The notes under the pieces are model-generated. The model worked only from the letters and a program-made list of their open reading frames with translations, had not been told where the DNA came from and did no database searches. Below, piece after piece: positions 28,679-38,500 of a stretch of 59,226 nt of DNA. Each line of letters starts with the position of its first letter. The stretch's first letter is position 1. The stretch comes from Oculatellaceae cyanobacterium bins.114 (GTDB taxonomy: Bacteria > Cyanobacteriota > Cyanobacteriia > Elainellales > Elainellaceae): contig JANRJA010000249.1 of NCBI GenBank assembly GCA_033764315.1, forward strand, positions 1 to 59,226, given 5' to 3'. Both the position numbers and the translations under genes were made by a program.

Positions 28679-29044
28679 ATGAAAAACCCTGTGGGCTACT
28701 TTGAAATTCCTGTTAACGATCTTGATCGTGCCATCCGCTTTTATGAAGCCGTATTTGGCTATGATTTTGAGCGAGCAACGGTGGATGGTAATGAGATGGC
28801 ATGGTTTCCCCTGGCTGAAGATGCACCGGGCATTAGTGGGGCTTTAGCCAAGGGAGAAAGCTACACTCCCACAACTCAGGGTTCGTTAGTCTACTTCAGC
28901 ACAGACAACATTGATGATACGTTGTCTAAGGCAAATTCAAATGGGGGCAAAACCTTGTATCCCAAAACATCGATTGGAGATCTGGGTTGGGTTGCCGAGT
29001 TTGAAGACAGCGAAGGAAATCGCATTGCTCTACATTCCCGGTGA
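28679..29044 (+). CDS. VOC/glyoxalase family protein
   Basis: YFEIPVNDLDRAIRFY..FEDSEGNRIALHS. Confidence 0.9.
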   Translation: MKNPVGYFEIPVNDLDRAIRFYEAVFGYDFERATVDGNEMAWFPLAEDAPGISGALAKGESYTPTTQGSLVYFSTDNIDDTLSKANSNGGKTLYPKTSIGDLGWVAEFEDSEGNRIALHSR

Positions 29045-29168
29045 ACTGTGAAAAGCTGCGGACAACCGTGACGATCTTCCTAACATAACGCTGAAGCCGA
29101 ACATGATGCTGAAGCCGAACAGTGAAGGATCTCTGGTTGGGTGAGTGGAACAAAAGATGGCAAAAAAC

Positions 29169-30224
29169 CTATTGATGGGTGGGTGTTTCTGTTTGAGTTG
29201 TGGCTTCTACTGAGAGCATATCGCCTTCTACCGGGACGGGTTCTAACCGAGTTGTCAAGGTAGCAATTTTTTGAGCGATCGCCTCTCGTTGAATCACTAA
29301 CACCACACTAATCAGTGTCAACACAACTCCAATCCATTGCAGCGAACTCAACGTCTCTGACAAAAACAGATAGCTGAATAACATGGCAAAAATAGGGGTC
29401 AGAAAAATTAAGGCACTCACACTGGTCAAGTTGCCCACAGAAGCCAGATAGAAAAAGATGCCGTAGGTCAACGCTGTTCCAAACAGAGTGGCATAGCCTA
29501 ATGCTGTCCATCCGGTCACATCCAGGTGAGTCCACTGATCCGTTTCCCCTAAACCCGACAAGACAAATAGCGGAATGCCGCCTAAAAGCATGTGCCAACC
29601 CGTTGCCACAACCGCATCGGCATGTTGGCGCACATAGCGAATAATAATAGTGCCAAACGACATCGATAGAGCCGCCAATAACATTAGCAATTCACCGCTG
29701 TGTAATAGCGTTTCTACTGTCAGAGGCGTACTGCTATGTAGAAAACTAAAGTTGCCATGCAGTGCACTGAGAACCCAATCGTTGGGCAATCCGCAGAGGC
29801 TAATGCCCACTAGCCCAATACTCAAGCCTAACCATCCCCATAACCCAATCACATCCCCAAACAAAAACCTTGACAAGACGGCAACAACCAGGGGTTGGGC
29901 ATCAATCAACACAGCACCCAGACCCGCTCCGGTGCTGACTAATCCCTCTGTTAAAAAGCCCTGAAACATCGCGCCGTCAATCAATGAAAATAGCGCAATC
30001 CAACCCCACGCTTTCCAGGTTTTTGGCTGAGGCAGTTTGAGGATCAGCGTCAACGTTAGAATCAAAATTCCAGCAGGCACCAGACGAAAACCAGCTAAAA
30101 ACAGGGGAGTTGTGTTGGGAATGATAGCCTTCATCGCCACCATAGATGTTCCCAAAAAGAAAAAGGGAGCAATCAGAAAAATAGGTGACTTTGATAGATC
30201 TGATTTAGGAGGATTGAGTGACAT
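29169..30224 (-). CDS. DMT/EamA-family transporter
   Basis: 10 TM segments in two EamA repeats. Confidence 0.9.
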   Translation of the reverse strand: MSLNPPKSDLSKSPIFLIAPFFFLGTSMVAMKAIIPNTTPLFLAGFRLVPAGILILTLTLILKLPQPKTWKAWGWIALFSLIDGAMFQGFLTEGLVSTGAGLGAVLIDAQPLVVAVLSRFLFGDVIGLWGWLGLSIGLVGISLCGLPNDWVLSALHGNFSFLHSSTPLTVETLLHSGELLMLLAALSMSFGTIIIRYVRQHADAVVATGWHMLLGGIPLFVLSGLGETDQWTHLDVTGWTALGYATLFGTALTYGIFFYLASVGNLTSVSALIFLTPIFAMLFSYLFLSETLSSLQWIGVVLTLISVVLVIQREAIAQKIATLTTRLEPVPVEGDMLSVEATTQTETPTHQ

Positions 30225-30647
30225 GGCAGATTTATAAGCTTAAACAGGTACTCTATCCAACTTCCTAAAATACGTAGTAGTCGAGAATACAAAGGATTGG
30301 GTTATGACCCAATTTTTATGTAAAGAATGAAAACAAAAGTGTGGATAGGATTCGTTGCAGATCAGGAGCGGACTGCTATTGAAGTAAACTAAATGCGGGT
30401 TTTGGCGGCGATCGCCCCTGCTTTAACAACGCTTGTGAGCGTGGAGCGGCTTGTTTTGAGCGAGTCGAGTGGGAGTCAAAATGCGATTGGTTTCTCTCGT
30501 AGGATGGATCAGGTATCAGCCGTCACCTATCACAGCCGAGATCGATGCCTTAATGAGACTCCAAAAGCCAACCTGCGAGCATCGCTTGTCAGTACTTAAA
30601 CTGGGTTTAAACGGGCGGTACGGCAGCCAAAATGGGTCTAATGTTGA

Positions 30648-32222
30648 GTGTCGTGGTGCTACTCCTTGCTTATGCATGTTCTTCGTTGTTTTTCCCGGTT
30701 TGCCCATTGTTTGTGTGTATTGCTGCTGGTTTTACTGAATGGGTATGCGCCTGCTAGTGCCGCTTTGCCCCAACCTTCCCAAACTGTTTTGGTCACAACC
30801 TTGATAGATGAGGGATCAGGCTCTTTACGAGCGGCTCTGGAACTAGCAAACCAGTCGGCAAACGAAACAATCATCGATTTGAGTGGGGTGCAAGGAACGA
30901 TCGCCCTTACCCACCCTCTACCTACTCTGCATCGTTCTCTCACTGTTTTGGGGGATGGAAATGACACGATTAGTGGACAAAATGCCCTGCGGGTTTTTGC
31001 GATCGCGGGTGGCAACGTTACCCTTTCTCATCTCACAATTGCGCATGGTCTGGCGCGAGGAGAAGATGGCAACTCTGGTGGGGGCGGCGCAGCAGGGATG
31101 GGAGGTGGACTGTTTTTAAATGGAGGAATCGTCACGCTCGATCAGGTCGCCTTTGTCCAAAATCAGGCGATCGGAGGCAATGGCAGTGCCTTAATCTCAC
31201 CCTCAGCGCAAATCGTCGCGGCCAAAGATCAGGTCGAGGTAAACCGGGGGGCGATCGCCGCTATCAATGGCATCAGTTTTGCAGACCTGGCTCCTCAGTT
31301 GGCAGAGGCAGGAGTCAACGTTGAAACGAGTAGTAACCGCTTTCAAGCCAATCGAGGGGCGATCGCCGGTGTTAATGGCGTTGGCATCAACGGCATTGGC
31401 AGTATTGCTTTTGGGGGAGGGGGTGGCTTTGGCGGTTTTGGCAACGCAGGCAATGGCGGCAACGGCGGCAATGCAGGATCAGAGGGTGGCAATGGCGGTA
31501 ATGGCGGCAATGGCGGTAATGGCGGAGTGGGTATCTTTGGCAGCTTTGGCAAACCAGATCGGTCTGATGAGCAGCCCAACCTTCAGCGCAATAGTGAGAC
31601 CGTTGCTTCACAGTTTCCGGCTGGGGTCATCGCCTTTGGAGGAGGGGGTGGCTTTGGCGGGTTTGGCAACGCAGGCAATGGTGGCAACGGGGGCAATTCT
31701 CCTGCGACAGGTGAGTCCGTAACAGGTGAGTCCATCGATCCAGTTCTTTGTCGTCAGGCAGGCAACGGGGGCAATGGCGGTAACGGGGGTAAAGGTGGCT
31801 TTGGCGGTGGTGGCGGCAGCGGCGGCTTGGGAGGTCAGGGAGGTCAAGTTGGTATGCCGGGACAGGATGGGGCGGCGGGGTTAGGTGGCTTTGGTGCTGG
31901 AGATGGCAGCTTGGGCTTTGGGGGAGGTGGCGCAGGACTGGGAGGAGCGATCTTTGTGCGGGCTGGAACATTGAATCTTAAGGATGTGACGTTTAGCCAG
32001 AATCGGGCGATCGCAGGCGAGGGAGCCAGTCCAGGACAGGGAAAGGGAGGTGCTCTCTTTGTCGTGACACAGGCACTAAACACCCAGGCTGGAATTCATA
32101 CTCCACCCCAAGTAAAGGTGACAGGGGCGATCGCCTTTGACAAAAACCAGGCATCTGATGCTGGAGGCACGGCAACCGATAACGATAATGTTTATGGAGC
32201 CACGATCTTAAAATCGATTTAA
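30648..32222 (+). CDS. Secreted glycine-rich protein with beta-helix-like regions
   Basis: Signal peptide; DEGSGSLRAAL motif; GGN repeats; GGAIFV/N.A.GG units; start probably 30675. Confidence 0.75.
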   Translation: MSWCYSLLMHVLRCFSRFAHCLCVLLLVLLNGYAPASAALPQPSQTVLVTTLIDEGSGSLRAALELANQSANETIIDLSGVQGTIALTHPLPTLHRSLTVLGDGNDTISGQNALRVFAIAGGNVTLSHLTIAHGLARGEDGNSGGGGAAGMGGGLFLNGGIVTLDQVAFVQNQAIGGNGSALISPSAQIVAAKDQVEVNRGAIAAINGISFADLAPQLAEAGVNVETSSNRFQANRGAIAGVNGVGINGIGSIAFGGGGGFGGFGNAGNGGNGGNAGSEGGNGGNGGNGGNGGVGIFGSFGKPDRSDEQPNLQRNSETVASQFPAGVIAFGGGGGFGGFGNAGNGGNGGNSPATGESVTGESIDPVLCRQAGNGGNGGNGGKGGFGGGGGSGGLGGQGGQVGMPGQDGAAGLGGFGAGDGSLGFGGGGAGLGGAIFVRAGTLNLKDVTFSQNRAIAGEGASPGQGKGGALFVVTQALNTQAGIHTPPQVKVTGAIAFDKNQASDAGGTATDNDNVYGATILKSI

Positions 32223-32277
32223 CTTGAAAACACCATAGATCTTTTTGTGTGGGCTGGGTCGTGCTAAGTCTCTCCTA

Positions 32278-32550
32278 ATAACAAACGAGACCTCGGAAGT
32301 TATAAACGAGACCTCGGAAGTTATAAACGAGACCTCGGAAGTTATAAACGCGATCTCAGAAGTTATAAACGCGATCTCAGAAGTTACAAACGAGACCTCG
32401 GAAGTTACAAACGCGATCTCAGAAGTTACAAACGAGACCTCGGAAGTTACAAACGAGACCTCAGAAGTTATAAACGAGACCTCAGAAGTTACAAACGAGA
32501 CCTCGGAAGTTATAAACGCGACCTCAAAAGTTATAAACGCGATCGCAGAA
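32278..32550. repeat. 13 x 21-bp minisatellite GTTAYAAACGMGAYCTCRGAA
   Basis: Units counted directly. Confidence 0.97.
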
Positions 32551-32818
32551 CCTATATAAGGTAAAACTTGTCTGTTATCCTTTTCACCCGCCTCAATGTC
32601 AACAGCAAACTAGTTTACATCCACTTTACGAGAAACTGATAAACCCCTCAGCTGCACATCCCCTAGCGTCTCACCTCTACAGCCATCCGTGAGAACACAG
32701 ATAAACTGCCAACCTGTCCTTTAAGCGTTTATAAAATCCCAAAAACTACTCAACCCAACCGTATGGGTACTTCACTATCTTAAAAAAATCTTCATCCATC
32801 CTAGCAAGGAGCATCTCT

Positions 32819-33256
32819 ATGCCCGTTAAAACTCGCGGTTCTAAGGCTCTTGACAAAGCCCAACGTCGTCTTGCTCTGCTCAAAGCCATTGATGAGAACC
32901 TGGATCTCGGACATGGACTAACCGTTGCAGCGTATCTTCAGATGATCGAAACCATTCGCGCCACCCTCGAAGCTCACAACACCCTATTGTCTAACCTGGA
33001 CGAATCTCGCAAAACACTCACCCAAATGGATAGCAATCTCACCGCATTCTCAGAACGTATGCTCAGTGGAGTTGCCTCCATTTATGGCAGAAGTAGCATT
33101 GAGTATGCCAAAGCAGGGGGTTCCAGACGTAAGAGCAGTCGATCAACGACAACTTCCGTTAAAACAACGTTTACTCTTCAATCGACTCAACCCACTCAAC
33201 CCACCACAACGACTGAGTCGAGCAATGGCAACGGCAAAGTCACATCCCTGCCCTAA
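32819..33256 (+). CDS. Conserved-type cyanobacterial coiled-coil hypothetical protein
   Basis: RBS AAGGAG; ID.NLDLG.GLT...SERMLSGVA.IYG..S.EY..AGG; terminator follows. Confidence 0.8.
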   Translation: MPVKTRGSKALDKAQRRLALLKAIDENLDLGHGLTVAAYLQMIETIRATLEAHNTLLSNLDESRKTLTQMDSNLTAFSERMLSGVASIYGRSSIEYAKAGGSRRKSSRSTTTSVKTTFTLQSTQPTQPTTTTESSNGNGKVTSLP

Positions 33257-33294
33257 TTCATCTCCATCGATTGAGCCAAACTGATAAACACTAG

Positions 33295-33320
33295 AAAGCA
33301 CAGCAATAGCTGTGCTTTTT
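33295..33320 (+). terminator. Rho-independent terminator, possibly bidirectional
   Basis: AAAGCACAGC-AATA-GCTGTGCTTTTT. Confidence 0.75.
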
Positions 33321-33331
33321 GATGGGTTGAT

Positions 33332-33451
33332 TTAACACTGCACCCAATACACGTAACTCTCTTGGGTGTCATCAGAATAATGTTTGAGGCGAATCGCATC
33401 TCGCACTTGGTCAAGCAGTTTGGGCGATCGCAGTTCGGTAGATGAGATCAT
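33332..33451 (-). pseudogene. intI: Truncated integron integrase (N-terminal 39 aa only)
   Basis: Translates as MISSTELRSPKLLDQVRDAIRLKHYSDDTQESYVYWVQC*, matching the IntI N-terminal LLDQVR..IR.KHYS..T...YV.W motif; divergent from the cassette array. Confidence 0.88.
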
Positions 33452-33558
33452 AGGGAAAACTTCAGTACTTATGCACCAAATGATACGGCATTAGTTTACG
33501 TACCCCTTGTAAAGATTTGCTGAAGTCTTACCACTATTTTCTCGATCTGAGAATAAAA

Positions 33559-33744
33559 TCCGTCTAACTCCGCATTTGGCAAGATAGACAGAATCTCATC
33601 TATCCTAATTGCCATTTAGAGTGATTAGACAGACACAATTCTGTCTAATTCCCTGCATAAAGGTAGATAGACAGACGTAATTCTATCTAATTACCCCTAC
33701 AAGGGTAGTTAGACAGATCAGATCAGTCTACTTAATTGTTAGCC
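33559..33744 (+). other. attI region; crossover core GTTAGCC at 33738-33744
   Basis: GTTAGCCCG is the reverse complement of the first attC inverse core CGGGCTAAC (35274-35282); preceded by four TAGACAGA dyads. Confidence 0.75.
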
Positions 33745-33803
33745 CGCAAGTTACGAAGTATGGCAGTAGTTTGAAGCTTGCTTGTTGGTGTCCCAAATTT
33801 TGG

Positions 33804-34211
33804 TTAACCCTTGCGCGATCGCGGAATGGCAGACACTTCCGATCCCCTTGATTCTTCCGTAATTCGATCGCGCTTTGCAGTCAGGTAAAGCTTAATTTTC
33901 TCAAGTTGCCGCATTTTTTCACCAATCTCCTCAAGTTTGCGATCAATGATTTTTAACTTTTCAGTGATTGGCACTGATCCGTTTCCCCACGTATCAATCA
34001 GATGCTTAATCTCATTCAGTGTGAACCCTAAAGATTTGCCTTGTGTGATGAGAACGACACGTTCCAGCATCTCTGGACTAAATTCCATATAGCTTCTTGT
34101 TCCGGCTTGTCGTGCCTTTGCTTCAATCAGTCCCATTTTTTCGTAGAAGCGGATTGTGTCCTTTGACAAGCCTGTCTTTTGTGCTAGTTCGCCGATCAAC
34201 ATCACTGCCAC
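33804..34211 (-). CDS. MerR-family transcriptional regulator (cassette 1)
   Basis: IGELAQKTGLSKDTIRFYEKMGLI, LGFTLNEIK. Confidence 0.92.
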   Translation of the reverse strand: MAVMLIGELAQKTGLSKDTIRFYEKMGLIEAKARQAGTRSYMEFSPEMLERVVLITQGKSLGFTLNEIKHLIDTWGNGSVPITEKLKIIDRKLEEIGEKMRQLEKIKLYLTAKRDRITEESRGSEVSAIPRSRKG

Positions 34212-34234
34212 CTAAATTCTGAAGAAATTAATGC

Positions 34235-34266
34235 TTGACTGTGGAGTATACTCCATAGCTTACGCT
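34235..34266 (+). promoter_or_regulatory. MerR-type promoter/operator
   Basis: TTGACT-20 bp-TACGCT with dyad TGGAGTA/TACTCCA in the long spacer. Confidence 0.8.
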
Positions 34267-34300
34267 AGAGCCGAAACCAATGAACACTCTGGAAATTTCT

Positions 34301-35272
34301 ATGAAAACCTTTGTTACGGGTGGTTCCGGGTTTGTCGGTCGCCACATGATTCAGATGTTGCGCGATCGTGGCTACGAGGTGATTGCGTTAGCAAGATCCG
34401 AACAAGCTGCAAAGCAAGTAGCTCAACTCGGTGCTAAGGCAGTTCGCGGCGATTTGCTAGATAGACAAGCGATGATTCAAGGAATGCAAGACTGCGATGT
34501 TGTGTTCCATATTGCAGGCTTTTTGAGCATTTGGGGTGAGTACAAAGCATTCTATGAAACCAATGTTGTTGGGACTGAGTGTACGTTGATTGCTGCACAA
34601 ACGGCAAATGTCCCTTGCTTTGTTCAGATTGGTGCGGCGGCTTCTGTATTCAATCGTCAGTCTGTATCTGAGATTGATGAATCTTATCCGCTCAAGCAAC
34701 CTGAATTTTCTCCTTACATTGCCACTAAAAGCCTTGCAGAACAAAGAGTCATCGCAGCAAACCGACCTGGGTTTAGAACCGCCGTAGTCCGTCCGTCTTG
34801 GATTTGGGGCAATGGGGATCACGTATTGCCTCAACTCATAACAGCAGTAAAAACAGGACGATTTATTTGGATTGATCAGGGCAAGTATTCATACATGACA
34901 ACTCATGTGGTGAATGTCTGTCATGGGGCAATTTTAGCGGCAGAACAGAGTCCCGGTGGACAGGCGTACTTCCTGAGCGATGGCGATGTCGTACAGTTTC
35001 GCAAGTGGGTTACAACATTGCTACAGATTGCTGGAGTCAAGCCGGGGCGCTTGAGTATTCCGAGATGGGTTGCTTGGAATGTCGCTGGATTTATGGAAGC
35101 AATTTGGAGAATCACGAGGCGTAAAGACATTCCGCCGATTACTCGGACAATGGTTCGGCTAATCGGGCAGGAATTGACTTTTACAGACCTTAAAGCGCGA
35201 GAAGAACTGGGTTACACTCCGATTGTGACTCGTGATTTTGGACTGGCGGAACTTGCCGATCTCTATCGATAA
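34301..35272 (+). CDS. NAD-dependent epimerase/dehydratase (3-beta-HSD-like; cassette 1)
   Basis: FVTGGSGFVG, YIATK catalytic motif, RPSWIWG; start 34280 or 34301. Confidence 0.9.
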   Translation: MKTFVTGGSGFVGRHMIQMLRDRGYEVIALARSEQAAKQVAQLGAKAVRGDLLDRQAMIQGMQDCDVVFHIAGFLSIWGEYKAFYETNVVGTECTLIAAQTANVPCFVQIGAAASVFNRQSVSEIDESYPLKQPEFSPYIATKSLAEQRVIAANRPGFRTAVVRPSWIWGNGDHVLPQLITAVKTGRFIWIDQGKYSYMTTHVVNVCHGAILAAEQSPGGQAYFLSDGDVVQFRKWVTTLLQIAGVKPGRLSIPRWVAWNVAGFMEAIWRITRRKDIPPITRTMVRLIGQELTFTDLKAREELGYTPIVTRDFGLAELADLYR

Positions 35273-35275
35273 ACG

Positions 35276-35364
35276 GGCTAACAATCCCGTTGCACACCGA
35301 CCGTCCAGAGTTTCTTCATTTAGTTCGAGAGGTTATTAGCGGCGGGTGAACGGGGTCGTTAGAC
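35276..35364 (+). other. attC site 1
   Basis: GGCTAAC..GTTGCAC ... GTGAAC..GTTAGAC; imperfect palindrome with extra G; 89 bp. Confidence 0.88.
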
Positions 35365-35545
35365 GGCACCACAGCATTCTGTTTGCTCTACCGCTGAAAA
35401 CCTTGGATAACAGAATTACCCTCATGGGTACTGTCGATAAAGAAATATGTCACTTACGCTGAAATTCGATCAAGTAAGTTGAATTTCTTTGCTGAATGCT
35501 TCCTAGAACTTGTTCTTATCGTATGAAGCCCCTGGGAGAACTGCT

Positions 35546-38500
35546 ATGTATAAAGTTCGTGGTAAGGTTTTGGTAAAAGAAACTGTCATTGGCATTCCAA
35601 ACCTGCAAGTTGTACTCTACGACCTTGACAATCCTGAGCAATTTCAAGGCAGCAAAACCCCCGGCGAATTCTTTACAGATCCTAAAAATCCTGACCCAAG
35701 GTTATTCTGGCAGCTTTTTCCGGGCGATCGACTAGGATCAGTTTTAACAGATGGACAAGGTGAGTTTGAGCTAACCTTTGATGAACAGGCATTTCAGGCG
35801 CGTGAGCAAACGAAGAAACCAGATTTGGTGTTGTTTGTAATAGCTCCAGAAGATACGCTGATTGACGACAAGGGCAATGCACTTCCATTCCCGGATTTAA
35901 CCAGAAATCGTATCCTACACTACTCCTACGACATTGCTGTTAATGCAGGGAAGAGTGAGCAGTACATCATTCGACTCTCCAAAGCTTTTCTCGATCGTTT
36001 CCAAATTACCTATTCAAGCCCACTGGTTGACTTAACTGCTCCAACAGTTGAGTCTGTGACAAAGGATCTACAGGAATCCTTTAAATTCGAGCAGGGTATC
36101 CAGGCAGTCTTCAGAACACAGACTCGAACGCGATTAGAGCCTGCGCTTGAATCTAAAAAGAAAGCAGATCAAGCATTTCAAAACTTTACCCTCTCTAAAG
36201 TTTCTCCAGAAGTTCGAGCAAGCAACACGTATTTTACTCCTGGTGAAAATATTCTTGGTAAACTGCTTGAGTTATTCGGTGACCGACTGGCTAATTTACC
36301 AATGCTTGACCGTGGTGCTAGGCGCAAGCTGGTGCTTCACCTGACTGAAGAGCAACTTGAGTCATGGGGGCTTGCGATTAACGACGGAATCGTCAATGGT
36401 GAAGTCGCTCTTTCAGAGATTGTGACGTACATTCAAGATATGACGGGGGGTGGAATTCTAGAGTATTCTCGACCTGTTGTTGAGAATTGTCTGAAGGAAA
36501 AGGAAGCAGAACAACTGTTTGAAGCGGCTTTGGCAAGATGCAGAGCAGACTCAAATGAAGAAGGCGAAAATCCTCAACCTGATACAGAACCTGCGGAGCC
36601 ATCGGCTGACTTGACAACAAGCAGTCTTCTCCGTGAACAACTCACCCGCCAGATGAAGCATACGACCTCGCCAGAGCAAGAGTTGAAGTATGGGGTTGAG
36701 CGGGATGGAGAAATCATCGCCACAATCACTAAACCTAGTCCTGCTGATGTGACAGCCTATCACGATTTTCATGAACTTCAAATTGCCTTTGAGCATGTTT
36801 GGACGGAGGTATTTGACAAGTCGATGCCAACTTTCCTCCGAAGTATTTACTCAGAGATGGTGAGGTACAAGAATCGTGTATCCGGTGTAGAAGAACTACC
36901 ACCCATGCGAACTGTTCAAGATATGCGTAGCTTGTATGCAGACTTTGTAGAGTTGCAAGAAACTATCGAGAGCGTCAATCTAGCTCCACCTGAGGAAATC
37001 GAGTCAGTTCCGCGTTCTGTTAAAACGGTACTTCCTGAAATTATTGATGAGGATTGGTCAAACATGACTGATTCTGAGCAAACTGCATTACTTCGCCTTG
37101 GCACAGAAGAAGAGGCTGAATATGCTGCATGGAATCGCTATAACAATGAGAGTTCTATTCAAGTTGATTCCAGTGAAGTACCTCTATTTGGTCGTAATGG
37201 TTACAATGCCAGGAGATCTCAATATACGATAGGTCGGGATCGAAGAAGGGCAGATGCGCTGAGGATTCTTCAAGCAGCCCAAGCTCGTCCACGTCGCGCT
37301 ACTCAACCTACGACACCTCCACGCACTCGTAGTCATTCAACAAACACCAGGTTGCAGCGGCTCATGCAAGAACTAGATCAGCGTCTTGCTGAAACGTATC
37401 AGTTTGACATTTTTGCGCCGAATTCAGCTAACTATGGTTTGATGCTGACCTATCGGCAAAAGTGGGTTCCTGGTAATTACCAAGTTGGCGATTTGGTATC
37501 TACAATTCCGTTGGCTCCCAAGGAGATTCGGAAATACTCGACTAAGCAAGTCATCAAGAAGAGTCGCTCTCAAAAGGAAATTGAGGATGCTCAAAGCACG
37601 CGCAGTGCAGAATCTTCTTCGACTTCACGAGCAGATACAGAAATAGCAAAGCAGGCAAGGGAAAAAACTGCATTTGAAGCGAATGCCAGCGGGACGATTA
37701 GTGTTGGTGTATTCCAAGGACAGTTTGGCACAAGATTTGGTGTTGAAGCCGAAAAGACATCTTCGAGTACTAAAAAGAATTTCCGAGAAGCTGTCTTAAA
37801 AGCCTCTGAAGAGTACAAGCAGCAACGTCGATTAGAAATTGAAACTTCTTTATCTGAAGAGATAGAGGTAACAAGTTCGGGCGAGATTATGAACCCGAAT
37901 GATGAAATTACCGTGACCTATCTCTTTTATGAATTGCAACGCCAATTTGAGATTAGTGAAAGAATTCATCGTTTAACCCCGGTAATTCTCGTAGCGAATG
38001 ATGTGCCTTATCCAGATGAAATTGATGAGGACTGGCTGATTGCTCATGATTGGATTCTACGCCGAGTAATTCTGGATGATTCCTTTTTACCAGCCCTATC
38101 CTATGTAACAACTAGTATTGCAGGGGATGAACTGACTTTACAGACCTTGCATGATAATGTTAACCGTCAGGTTAATTTGGTGGAAGAACTGACAAAGCAA
38201 GTGCAAGCTAAAACTAGGCTCGCAAATGATGCTTTTGAACAACTGCGACGTTTGATGGATGTACCGATCAATAATGCTGATGATGCTGCGAAGCTGAAAG
38301 ATATTGGCATGGCAATGGTTTTTGGTCCATTTTCGCTTGCAGCTGGTAGCGGAGATGATGAAGCTGCTGAGAAACGGGAAGAGATTGCCAAGATGGCGAT
38401 TGAGCGATCAGATAAAGCTGCTCAAGAAGTAAGTGCCAAGCTTTCCCGTGAGGTTACTGCTTTGCAAGAAGCGATCGATAAATACACGAGAGCATTACAG

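Noticed and set aside
29090..29121. Short direct repeat GCTGAAGCCGAACA x2
   Set aside because: Only two copies; likely a simple local duplication.
31343..32175. Pro-rich minus-strand ORFs
   Set aside because: Antisense to Gly codons of the 524-aa gene.
32278..32550. Second CRISPR array
   Set aside because: Contiguous tandem units with no unique spacers.
32245..32559. 104-aa VINETSE ORF as a confident gene
   Set aside because: TTG start with no clear RBS, and the openness is explained by the 21-bp repeat; kept only as a hypothesis.
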